From a virus (lineage: Duplodnaviria > Heunggongvirae > Uroviricota > Caudoviricetes), in the IMG/VR virus record IMGVR_UViG_2778261451_000010: 7,746 nucleotides of DNA; one strand, written 5' to 3'. The notes beneath the pieces were generated by a model, which saw nothing but the letters and a program-made list of their open reading frames with translations, did no database searches and was not told the origin of the DNA. Below are positions 1-7,117 of this stretch, piece after piece. A program made the translations under genes and the position numbers. Numbering within the stretch: the first letter of the stretch is position 1; each line of letters starts with the position of its first letter.

Positions 1-1170
1 TCACTCCTCATTTTCTTCTGAGCTGTACTCCACATCGGAGAGTTTAACCTCAAGCTCTAAGCCCGTCGTGAAACCGTTATTATTGAGGTTGTGGGTCACC
101 TTGCTGATTAACCATGCCTGCTCGTCTATGACGCGCTTAAAGCCTGACACGCGTACAGGCGTCTCAGGAAATAAATCCGCTCGCCCTAGCGCCAGTGTGA
201 TTGAAAACTCCGCAACGCCTCGCTGCAGTTTATCCCACTTAGCCTGAGCGGCGCGCATTGCCTGTGCCTTTGAGGCATAGACCGTCGTCAGCGCCAGCAC
301 GTTATCGGCTTCACCGGCCATGTACTCACCCTCACGTGCTTCCTGTTCTTTTTTGACCTTTGTCTTTTTGCTGACCGGCTTTGCTTTTGGGTGTTCCAGT
401 GCGCGCAGGTGCTTCTCTTTTGGCTTGCGTTTCAGCGTTACTTTCTGCTTTTGTGGCTTCGGGTCTTTGGTGTGCAACCATTTAGCAGTGACGCCGGTAT
501 AAGCCCCACGGTCGGCAATGGCAAACTGATGACGGTCACCATCACTGCGGGTCAGCGTCATTTGCGGGACGGGTTTGCCGCTGGCCGTCATCGCACTACC
601 GGCTTTCAGAAACAACAGTTTCCCTGCCTTCACCGATACCGTTGCCCCGTTGCGGTCAGCCAGTCGACTCAAAAATACCGCGTCGGATTCCTGCGACTGG
701 TCGATATGCGGTACCGGGATTTTTTTCAGCGATTCCGCAATGTTGGCCGTCAGTTTGTTGCGCTTTGCGATGGTACTGACCAGTTCGCCGATGGTGGTGT
801 CGTGCCATGACTCTTCACGCCTGGAATTTAGCGTGCCGCGAAAGTCCGCGCTGCGCGCCCGGATGGTCAGGGTATCAGGAGCCCCCCGGTGCTCAATCTC
901 ATCGACCGTAAAATCCCCCTTATTCAGCAGCGCCGAACCCTGCCAGCCAAGCCACAACGTCAGCACTGCCCCGCGCAGGGGTAACTCGACTTTCCCATCG
1001 GTGTCATCGAGCTCAATGTCGAGCTGGTCAGCTTCAAAGCCCCTATTGTCCGTCATGGTGAGAGAAATCAGCCGGTCGCTGAAGTTGCTGGTAATGTCCT
1101 GACTGTTCAGCGTCAGCATAAAAGCCGGTGCAAGGCTGGCACCGGCGTCAATTGCCATCCCCGTTATCAT
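1..1170 (-). CDS. D: Tail protein D (P2 gpD-like baseplate hub / late control gene D protein), 389 aa, complete
   Basis: ORF in track; N-terminus MITGMAIDAGASLAPAFMLTLNSQ and overall length match my recollection of P2 gpD; last gene of the module, directly after U with ATGA start/stop overlap at 1167-1170; stop codon occupies window positions 1-3. Confidence 0.88.
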   Translation of the reverse strand: MITGMAIDAGASLAPAFMLTLNSQDITSNFSDRLISLTMTDNRGFEADQLDIELDDTDGKVELPLRGAVLTLWLGWQGSALLNKGDFTVDEIEHRGAPDTLTIRARSADFRGTLNSRREESWHDTTIGELVSTIAKRNKLTANIAESLKKIPVPHIDQSQESDAVFLSRLADRNGATVSVKAGKLLFLKAGSAMTASGKPVPQMTLTRSDGDRHQFAIADRGAYTGVTAKWLHTKDPKPQKQKVTLKRKPKEKHLRALEHPKAKPVSKKTKVKKEQEAREGEYMAGEADNVLALTTVYASKAQAMRAAQAKWDKLQRGVAEFSITLALGRADLFPETPVRVSGFKRVIDEQAWLISKVTHNLNNNGFTTGLELEVKLSDVEYSSEENEE

Positions 1171-1652
1171 GCAGTGAAACCTCCGGGCATACCCTGCAGT
1201 TTATCTGTCAAATTACCGGCAGAGCCGAGAAGCTCACTGGCCTGTTTATTCAGGTCACCAAACATCTCTGTCAGCGATTCATCAACCCGTTTTAGCGAAA
1301 GCGTGAAATCAATCTTTCTGGCCGCACCATCACTGAAAAACTCGGTGCGTGTAGTCGATACTTTATCGACGATATACATCCCGAGGATATTTCCGGTTCC
1401 CTCTATCAACGGCCACGCTCTGCCTTCATTGGCCATCACCTCTACAGCCTTTAGTGAGATCCAACCGCCAGTGATAGCGGGGTATAGCGTACCAGCAAGC
1501 TGTATCGAGGTTTCCCCCTCGCCAAGAAACTGATAGGCAGGTGGTTTACCCACCCGGTCATTGGACACCCAGCGATAATCTTTCGAATGCTGCATCGACT
1601 GGTAAGGCAGGGTGCGAAGTTCAAACACAAACATTCCGAGAGCAAGCATCAT
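1167..1652 (-). CDS. U: Tail protein U (P2 gpU-like tail terminator / tail completion protein), 161 aa
   Basis: ORF in track beginning MMLALGMFVFELRTLPYQSMQHSKDYRW, size about 160 aa, position between T and D as in P2; a GGGGG Shine-Dalgarno lies 5-10 nt upstream of the ATG at 1650-1652. Confidence 0.88.
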   Translation of the reverse strand: MMLALGMFVFELRTLPYQSMQHSKDYRWVSNDRVGKPPAYQFLGEGETSIQLAGTLYPAITGGWISLKAVEVMANEGRAWPLIEGTGNILGMYIVDKVSTTRTEFFSDGAARKIDFTLSLKRVDESLTEMFGDLNKQASELLGSAGNLTDKLQGMPGGFTA

Positions 1653-1665
1653 CGTTTAATCCCCC

Positions 1666-4110
1666 TCAATAGTCGTGGGTCATGTTGGCACGCTGGCGGG
1701 CGCGTTTATCGCGCTCAATCTGTTCGAGCGTGTCGCGTAGTTGTCTGTCAAGCTGATGCCCCGGCGCAACACCTCCCGGCAGATTGATGTTGTATTCGCT
1801 TTTGCTCTGGTCAATGTAAGAGCGCCCCGCCGGTGCGGTAACTGGCTGATAAGCCTGATAGCCGCCATATGTGCTGGTTGCCGGGATGTAGGAATTACCC
1901 TGTGTGGCGGCATTGGTTTTGGCGGCGGTCTGGTCGAGGCTGTCCGACTCTTTGTTGATGATGCCGAGCTTTTCGAGAAGCCAGTCGACACCGCTGCGCA
2001 GCTTGTTAAAAACATTGAGCGGAGCCATCAAGGCAGAGGCCAGTGCCTGACCAAATATGACGCCGACATTTTTGCAGCTATCAAGCGTTTCCTGCGTGGC
2101 CTTAACCGGTGCTATCAGGTCTTTAAACCACTGCCAGACGCCGCGCAGTTTCTCGCCGAGACCATCAAAAATGGGAGCCAGTGGAGCGAACATTTCCCCG
2201 ACTGGGGCAAAGGCACTCATGATGCCCTCAATCACTCCCGAGAAAAATGCGCTGATGGGCTCCCAATATTTACGGATGAGTAGCGCCCCCGCCACAATCG
2301 CCGCACCGACGGCCACTATCGGCCAGGTAATCGCACCGAGCGCTGTCGCAATGGCACTACCGACGACAGTAAAGACCGTACCCAGCACGCCAGCAGCGGC
2401 GATAATGGCATTAATTCCCATGACAACCGGCCACGCAACGAGACCAATGCCGCCGATGATACCAATCAGCGCCAGCGCACCACCGGCAATAATCCCGATA
2501 GTTGTCGTCAGCCCTTTGTTTTTCTGGATCCAGCCGTCGAGCTTCAACACGTATTGTGTGGCGGTTTGGGTGAGTTTGCGCAGCGAGCCCTCTTGCTGGT
2601 CAAAAAGGTCGGTACCGACAGCCTCATAAGCAGACTGGAACTCTTTAAAATCACCGCCGAGGTTGTCCTGCATAATTTTAACAAGCTCTGCGGTTTTTCC
2701 GTCTGAGGCTTTCAGGGTGGAGGTTAGCTGGTCAAGTTTGCCGGTTGAGGCGGCAGTCATGAGCACTGCCGCCGCCGAACTGGCTTCCTCACCGAATATC
2801 GTTTTCATGTATTCGGCTTGTTGACCGGTGCCGAGATTGTTACGCTCAAAACTGGCCTGCATTTCCTTGAGGATGGTAAAAATCGGGCGCGTGTTGCCTT
2901 TACTGTCGGAAGTTTTGACACCCAGCTCCTTAAGCGCATCCCACGCTTTACCGGTCGGAGCCTGCAGGCGGCTTAAAACCGCACGGCTCCCGGTGCCGGC
3001 CATCGAGCCGGTGATTTTGGCGTCATGCAGGGCGCCCACCATTGCGGCAGTTTCTTCAATGCTGACACCGGCATTTTTCGCCACCGGCGCGGCGTATGTC
3101 AGCGCATCGCTCAGCCCGTCGAAATCGGCAGCAGTTTTATTCATCACCGTCGACAGAACGTCGCCAATGTGCGCCACCTTGTCATTGGAAAGCTGAAACG
3201 CAGAGCGCATCCCCATCAGTAATGCGGCGTTTTCTTCCATCGTGCGACGGTTGGCAAGCGCCATATTGAGGGTGACCGGTGTCGTCGCCTGAATGGCTGC
3301 CGCATCGCCACCCCCTTTGGCGATAATAATCTGCGCACTGGCTGCATCATCAGCAGAAGCGGCTGTATTGTCACCGAGCTGGCGTGCCTGTTTGCGTAGC
3401 GCCTCCATTTCTGGTGACTGCTTATCGACCCCGAGCACAGCCTGCAGCTCGGAGTTTTTTTGCGCAAAGTCATAACCGGGCATCAGCAATTTAACCCCGG
3501 CCATCGTTCCCGCTGTCGCAATACCGACCCCGGCAGCACCTGCAGCGGCCATGTTACCGGCAAGTTCCTTACCCGATTTATATCGCTCTTTCACTCGGTT
3601 TAGGTGCGCCTGCTGTGCGCTGACCTTCGCCAATGCTTCGCGCTGCCGGTTGAGCTGCGCCGTCGTCTCGCTGATGCGTGTTTTAAGCCCCCGCTCATCG
3701 TTTGCCAGATTGCGGGTATTGATACCGGCGGCACCCAGCTCGCGTTGCTGGCGTTTAACCGACTCGGTGAGGCTGTTGTATTTAACCTGCAGCCCCTCGG
3801 CGGCACGTTTTGCGGATTCGAGCACCTGTGCCTGCGCTCGCGTCGGGCGCTCAGTATTTTTGAATTGCGTGGCAAGCGCTTCAGCCTCGCGCTTTGCCTT
3901 CTCCAGCGACTGGCCGGTTACGGCCAGTTGAGCGCTGGTTTTGCGAAAGCCGTCGATTTTCGCGGCCTGCCCGTTCAGGTCACGCAGCCCTTTTTGTGTG
4001 TCGCGAATATCGCCCGACAGGGTTTTACTCGCGGTCTGGATGGATTTAAGCGGTCGGGTCGCCTGGTCGACCGCTTTCAGCAAAACCTCAAGTCTCAGGT
4101 TATTACTCAT
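1666..4110 (-). CDS. T: Tail tape measure protein (P2 gpT-like), 814 aa
   Basis: 814-aa ORF; long alpha-helical, Ala/Gln/Arg/Lys-rich N-terminal region, a central block of Gly/Ala/Ile-rich hydrophobic helices (..TTIGIIAGGALALIGIIGGIGLVAWPVVMGINAIIAAAGVLG..), and position immediately downstream of E/E'; start ATG 4108-4110 overlaps the E' stop. Confidence 0.92.
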   Translation of the reverse strand: MSNNLRLEVLLKAVDQATRPLKSIQTASKTLSGDIRDTQKGLRDLNGQAAKIDGFRKTSAQLAVTGQSLEKAKREAEALATQFKNTERPTRAQAQVLESAKRAAEGLQVKYNSLTESVKRQQRELGAAGINTRNLANDERGLKTRISETTAQLNRQREALAKVSAQQAHLNRVKERYKSGKELAGNMAAAGAAGVGIATAGTMAGVKLLMPGYDFAQKNSELQAVLGVDKQSPEMEALRKQARQLGDNTAASADDAASAQIIIAKGGGDAAAIQATTPVTLNMALANRRTMEENAALLMGMRSAFQLSNDKVAHIGDVLSTVMNKTAADFDGLSDALTYAAPVAKNAGVSIEETAAMVGALHDAKITGSMAGTGSRAVLSRLQAPTGKAWDALKELGVKTSDSKGNTRPIFTILKEMQASFERNNLGTGQQAEYMKTIFGEEASSAAAVLMTAASTGKLDQLTSTLKASDGKTAELVKIMQDNLGGDFKEFQSAYEAVGTDLFDQQEGSLRKLTQTATQYVLKLDGWIQKNKGLTTTIGIIAGGALALIGIIGGIGLVAWPVVMGINAIIAAAGVLGTVFTVVGSAIATALGAITWPIVAVGAAIVAGALLIRKYWEPISAFFSGVIEGIMSAFAPVGEMFAPLAPIFDGLGEKLRGVWQWFKDLIAPVKATQETLDSCKNVGVIFGQALASALMAPLNVFNKLRSGVDWLLEKLGIINKESDSLDQTAAKTNAATQGNSYIPATSTYGGYQAYQPVTAPAGRSYIDQSKSEYNINLPGGVAPGHQLDRQLRDTLEQIERDKRARQRANMTHDY

Positions 4111-4590
4111 TGTGGTGTCCGCTACGCTGCAGCGCCTTTTCGCGCCATGTGATGAGCTCGGTCAGGCTCAGGGAATAGAGCTCTGATGGCGACCAGTGGA
4201 ATATCACTGCAATATCCGCCATCAGGTCATCGGTCGACAGGTCGGGCGGAAAATCTACTCCGCCGAAGCCGGTGACAAAAAACCAATCACCTTAGCGGCC
4301 AGCGAAAGCATATCGGGCAGGTTCATCGCGGTTAGCTCCTGCGTGGTGAGCGCGGGATAGGTCATGCGGGGCAGCACTTTAATCAGCGCATCGACCTCGG
4401 ACTGCGCCACCGCCGCCAGACTGACACCGCGCAGGGTACCGGCGTTCGGCTCAATCAGGGTGACTTTATCAATCGTCTGACCGGCGCGCTTAATCGGCTT
4501 GTCGAGGGTCACGACGTTCGGGTTTACGGTGTCAATTTCATTGCCAGCCGTATCAACAAATTCAGCGGTTTTACGTGGTGCTTTTGCCAT
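4103..4590 (-). CDS. E+E': Tail assembly chaperone E+E' produced by programmed -1 ribosomal frameshift at T_TTT_TTG (plus-strand coordinates 4276-4282); predicted 162 aa
   Basis: By hand translation, the -1 frame after the heptamer is open for 57 codons (VTGFGGVDFPPDLSTDDLMADIAVIFHWSPSELYSLSLTELITWREKALQRSGHHNE) and ends at TAA 4103-4105, 2 nt before the T start codon. This is the conserved chaperone/chaperone-extension arrangement upstream of tape measure genes (lambda G/GT, P2 E/E+E'). Confidence 0.78.
4255..4590 (-). CDS. E: Tail assembly chaperone E (P2 gpE-like), 111 aa, in-frame product
   Basis: ORF between the tube gene and tape measure gene; contains the slippery heptamer near its 3' end; position and size are typical of the tail chaperone upstream of the tape measure gene. 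Confidence 0.8.
   Translation of the reverse strand: MAKAPRKTAEFVDTAGNEIDTVNPNVVTLDKPIKRAGQTIDKVTLIEPNAGTLRGVSLAAVAQSEVDALIKVLPRMTYPALTTQELTAMNLPDMLSLAAKVIGFLSPASAE
4276..4282 (-). promoter_or_regulatory. Slippery heptamer T_TTT_TTG for the -1 programmed frameshift (reads caaaaaa on the plus strand)
   Basis: Zero-frame codons GGT TTT TTG give X_XXY_YYZ geometry; the -1 frame is open downstream to a stop overlapping the T start. Confidence 0.75.
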
Positions 4591-4610
4591 GATGTTTTTC
4601 TCTGCTCTGA

Positions 4611-4645
4611 AAGGGGATTAATAACCGGCCAGCCATGCTGACCGG
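4611..4645 (-). terminator. Candidate partial intrinsic terminator / attenuator hairpin directly after the FII stop codon
   Basis: Minus-strand RNA CCGGUCAGC-AUG-GCUGGCCGG forms a 9-bp GC-rich stem (one G.U pair) followed by UUAUUAAUCCCCUUUC. The U tract is interrupted, so at best a leaky terminator that would lower expression of genes downstream of the abundant tube protein. Confidence 0.3.
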
Positions 4646-4653
4646 TCATGGAA

Positions 4654-5172
4654 TTACAGCCCGATTGCGCGGCGGTGCTGTTCCAGACGGTCGACGCCGT
4701 TCACCTTCTCGACCATGTTGACGGTGTCGATTTCGATGACGTCGCTACCATCAATCGTCAGGCGGTAATAGGTGCAGACCGTCGACAGTTTGGTCGAGGT
4801 GTTTTCACCCTGCTTATTTTCGCCGCCGTCGATTTCTTTATGACGGCCACGCATGACCACCTCGACCGCGTTGATTTCGCCGGTGTCGTCGCGCTGGTAG
4901 GATCCAGCAAAACGCAGCGGCACAGCGTCAGCACCCGGCGCGGCGTACTGCGCCCACAGAGCCACATCAGGCTGGCCACCGACAGACCACTCGACGGTTA
5001 ACGCATCATCGTCGAGACCGAGGTCAATCGCCGCCGCGCCATTCATGCCGCCGCCGCGATAGTTTTCGAGTTTGCGGGTCAGCTTCGGCAGCGTCACGGA
5101 TTCAACAACGCCCATATAGCTAAGGCCGTCGTTAAACATGTTCAGATATTTGAGTTTGCGGGGTAGTGCCAT
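4654..5172 (-). CDS. FII: Tail tube protein FII (P2 gpFII-like), 172 aa
   Basis: ORF beginning MALPRKLKYLNMFNDGLSYMGVVESVTLPKLTRKLENYRGGGMNGAAAIDLGLDD and ending VNGVDRLEQHRRAIGL, matching my recollection of P2 FII; sits directly downstream of the sheath gene. Confidence 0.93.
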   Translation of the reverse strand: MALPRKLKYLNMFNDGLSYMGVVESVTLPKLTRKLENYRGGGMNGAAAIDLGLDDDALTVEWSVGGQPDVALWAQYAAPGADAVPLRFAGSYQRDDTGEINAVEVVMRGRHKEIDGGENKQGENTSTKLSTVCTYYRLTIDGSDVIEIDTVNMVEKVNGVDRLEQHRRAIGL

Positions 5173-5187
5173 GTTGTTTCAGGCTCC

Positions 5188-6366
5188 TTAGCTGTTGACC
5201 GATTCGGCCAGATTCACCAGATATTTATCGGTGATACGCTGGCGCAGGGTCAGGCTTTCCAGTGGTGGAACCGGCGTATAGTCGTAGTCGATATACAGTT
5301 TCCCGGCCTTGAGGGTTTCCTTGTCATTCGATTCCTCGTCGAACCAGCATTCACCGTCCACGATGTAGCCATTTGATTTCAGCTCGCGGAATTTGGCATT
5401 AATGCCGTCGACAATGTCACGGATGAGCGATGCGGTAATGGGCTTATCGACCGCCCACATGTGAGCCTCGGCCATCGTGTCGGCCAGCACCTGCGCGGTG
5501 CGGGTGTAGTTCTCAAACAGGAAAAGCGGGTCATCAGAGCAGGTGCGGTTACCCCAAAAGCGGAAACCATCTTTGCGCACCAGCGTCGTGACCCCGGCCT
5601 CGTTGAGCAGGTCAGCATCGGTACCAGATGCCTGCAAATCCCAAAACACTGAGGCGCTGATGCCGGTGACACCCTGCACGCCGACGTTAGACAGGGTTTT
5701 ATGCCAGCCGACGGTCTGGTCGATGTAGGCGCGCAGGCCGAGTGCGCGCGCAGTGGCGTAGGCTGTTGCAGTGGCGTTCGCGGTGGTGTCCCATGCGAGG
5801 AAATCAGGCCAGATAAGCATCAGTTCGCGCTGGCTGAAATTCTCGCGATAGGCCATCGCCTCGGAAATAGTCTTACAGCCCCATGCACTGACATAGCCAA
5901 AGGCGCGCAGGCTGATACAGACCGACGCAAGTGCGACTGCGACCTCTTTGGTATCGAGCCCCGGCACGCCGAGAATGCGCGGCTTAACGCCGGTGACCGC
6001 TTCGGCAGTCAACAGCGCCTTGATACCGGTGTATTTACCGTTCTCATCCGTGCCGCCGATGATATTTGAAATGGTCTGCGCTTCCGCGTCTTCTCCGGTA
6101 CCTTCGGCAACACGCACGACAACGGTGACGGGCTTTGACTGGTCGGCGATGGCCTGCAGGGAGGCAGACAGCGTGCCTTTTTTACCGGCTTTCGCAATGG
6201 CGCTCTGCACATTGGTAATCAGTACCGGCTCGTTGAGGGGGAATGTCGCGGCATCCGCATCGCTGGCCGTGCAGACCATGCCGACAATTGCGGTTGCAAC
6301 AGTGGAAATGACGCGGGTGCCGTCGTTAATCTCAAGCACCTGCACGCCGTGGTGAAAATCACTCAT
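5188..6366 (-). CDS. FI: Tail sheath protein FI (P2 gpFI-like), 392 aa
   Basis: ORF in track. I place the start at ATG 6364-6366 (MSDFHHGVQVLEINDGTRVISTV...), preceded by GGAG 8 nt upstream, rather than at the upstream TTG the track uses; the N-terminus then matches the P2 FI N-terminus as I recall it. Confidence 0.93.
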   Translation of the reverse strand: MSDFHHGVQVLEINDGTRVISTVATAIVGMVCTASDADAATFPLNEPVLITNVQSAIAKAGKKGTLSASLQAIADQSKPVTVVVRVAEGTGEDAEAQTISNIIGGTDENGKYTGIKALLTAEAVTGVKPRILGVPGLDTKEVAVALASVCISLRAFGYVSAWGCKTISEAMAYRENFSQRELMLIWPDFLAWDTTANATATAYATARALGLRAYIDQTVGWHKTLSNVGVQGVTGISASVFWDLQASGTDADLLNEAGVTTLVRKDGFRFWGNRTCSDDPLFLFENYTRTAQVLADTMAEAHMWAVDKPITASLIRDIVDGINAKFRELKSNGYIVDGECWFDEESNDKETLKAGKLYIDYDYTPVPPLESLTLRQRITDKYLVNLAESVNS

Positions 6367-6443
6367 CCGGTTAACTCCGTGGTTAGTGGGCAAGTGTTAT
6401 TGTCCTGGCTGGTCTGTTGAGGGGCTATTTGTCAGTGTTGGGC

Positions 6444-6466
6444 GATGTCTGACACATTGAGACATC
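6444..6466. promoter_or_regulatory. Perfect 7-bp inverted repeat GATGTCT-N9-AGACATC upstream of FI; possible late-promoter activator (Ogr/Delta-type) binding dyad
   Basis: Dyad centre lies about 89 nt upstream of the FI ATG; it contains TGT...ACA half-sites but with N13 spacing in my reading, not the canonical TGT-N12-ACA; no U tract follows, so it is not a terminator. Confidence 0.3.
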
Positions 6467-6707
6467 AGCAACGGATGCGGGAAATTTTTTGTATAGCGTT
6501 GAGATACCCGAGGCGATCCAGTTTCCAGACCACAAGCGTATCGCCCTCTGACAAGGTTCTGAGTAACCTCTTTAGCCCCGGCCAGTCTGATGTTTTGCCG
6601 CTGATTTTATCTTCGAAAATCAGCTCACATCCTGCGCACTCCAGTTCATTTCGCTGTAATGCGGTGTTCTGGTCATTTGTTGATACACGTACATAACCGA
6701 TAAACAT
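6465..6707 (-). pseudogene. Truncated serine recombinase (Hin/Gin/Pin/Cin-family DNA invertase), N-terminal catalytic fragment only
   Basis: MFIGYVRVSTNDQNTALQRNELECAGCELIFEDKISGKTSDWPGLKRLLRTLSEGDTLVVWKLDRLG matches the invertase N-terminus including the catalytic Ser in the RVST motif; homology stops after residue 67 and the ORF ends 13 codons later (YLNAIQKISRIRC*). Only about 100 bp remain before FI, so the E-helix and C-terminal HTH DNA-binding domain are absent. Confidence 0.8.
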
Positions 6708-6761
6708 GAGAAATAACCCGGTAAAAAGTCGGGATCATGCCAGCTGAACGGAATATCTGCA

Positions 6762-6787
6762 TTTTCTAAAAGGTTGGTTTGGGAGAA
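6762..6787. promoter_or_regulatory. Candidate Hin/Gin-type inversion crossover site (hix/gix-like, 12-2-12 bp)
   Basis: Minus-strand reading TTCTCCCAAACC-AA-CCTTTTAGAAAA matches hixL (TTCTTGAAAACC AA ...) at 9 of 12 in the left half with the AA core; the plus-strand right half GGTTTGGGAGAA matches the gix right half GGTTTTGGATAA at 10 of 12. It lies about 55 bp upstream of the invertase start and at the 5' boundary of the plus-strand fibre-tip reading frame. Reference sites are recalled from memory. Confidence 0.45.
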
Positions 6788-7117
6788 GCCAGATATGTCA
6801 TTCAGCGAGGAGCTAATGCCAATGGTGCATGGATACGCTGGTCAGATGGTGCAATAGAAGTATTTGGAACCGGTGGATCTAATGATAATGGACTGGCTAA
6901 AGTTGTTTACCCAATTGCACTGCCTAAACTTTCACGTTTTATCAGTATCGCGGAAAGAATAAGAACGGATTACGAGAGCACACCTAATAATGTTCACGTT
7001 TCAATGATCGTGGATGATCAGGTAACAAATACCGGCTTTTATGCCCGCTGCCAGATGTACGACGGCAGACCATCATCAAATGCTTTTTCCTGGAGGGTTT
7101 ATTGTGCGCCTGTTTAA
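6779..7117 (+). CDS. Alternative tail-fibre C-terminal tip cassette (Sv'/stfE-like variable receptor-binding domain); has no independent start in its current orientation
   Basis: The frame opens at 6770 right after a TAA inside the candidate crossover site; the sequence ..GAWIRWSDGAIEVFGTGG..VVYPIALP..TGFYAR..FSWRVYC.. follows the pattern of phage tail-fibre C-terminal tip domains as I recall it; opposite strand to the tail operon and AT-richer than flanking genes. Confidence 0.55.
   Translation: MGEARYVIQRGANANGAWIRWSDGAIEVFGTGGSNDNGLAKVVYPIALPKLSRFISIAERIRTDYESTPNNVHVSMIVDDQVTNTGFYARCQMYDGRPSSNAFSWRVYCAPV

Noticed and set aside
320-1787. Plus-strand ORFs overlying D and U (320..502, 391..810, 575..1102, 1174..1533, 1587..1787) and the nested minus-strand ORF 1451..1645
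   Set aside because: Antisense to, or out of frame within, the D and U genes; no independent support.
1741-4186. Plus-strand ORFs of 60-190 aa overlying the tape measure gene (1741..2283, 2057..2629, 2828..3196, 3025..3222, 3293..3475, 3551..3931, 3604..4152, 3941..4186) and the nested minus-strand ORFs 1680..2015, 3216..3473 and 3600..3875
   Set aside because: They lie antisense to, or out of frame within, a well-supported 814-aa gene in GC-rich DNA. Their products are Arg/Cys/Ser-rich low-complexity sequences with no ribosome-binding sites, typical of spurious open frames.
4648-6355. Plus-strand ORFs overlying FII and FI (4648..5001, 5461..5652, 5543..5728, 5701..6069, 5948..6355) and the nested minus-strand ORFs 4758..4979, 5379..5672 and 6009..6212
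   Set aside because: All are embedded in the tube and sheath coding regions in alternative frames; their composition is consistent with frame artefacts.
6367-6393. Upstream TTG start for FI used by the ORF track (401 aa)
   Set aside because: The ATG at 6364-6366 has a GGAG Shine-Dalgarno at correct spacing and gives the MSDFHHG N-terminus expected for the sheath protein; the 9-codon extension is unsupported.
6445-6696. Plus-strand 83-aa ORF opposite the invertase fragment
   Set aside because: Antisense to the recognisable invertase N-terminus; no start context; likely spurious.
7041-7103. ATG at 7041 as start of the short plus-strand ORF (86 aa)
   Set aside because: It would overlap the fibre-tip cassette by 77 nt in another frame; the GTG at 7104 has a strong GGAGG site and typical operon coupling to the upstream stop. 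This remains uncertain.
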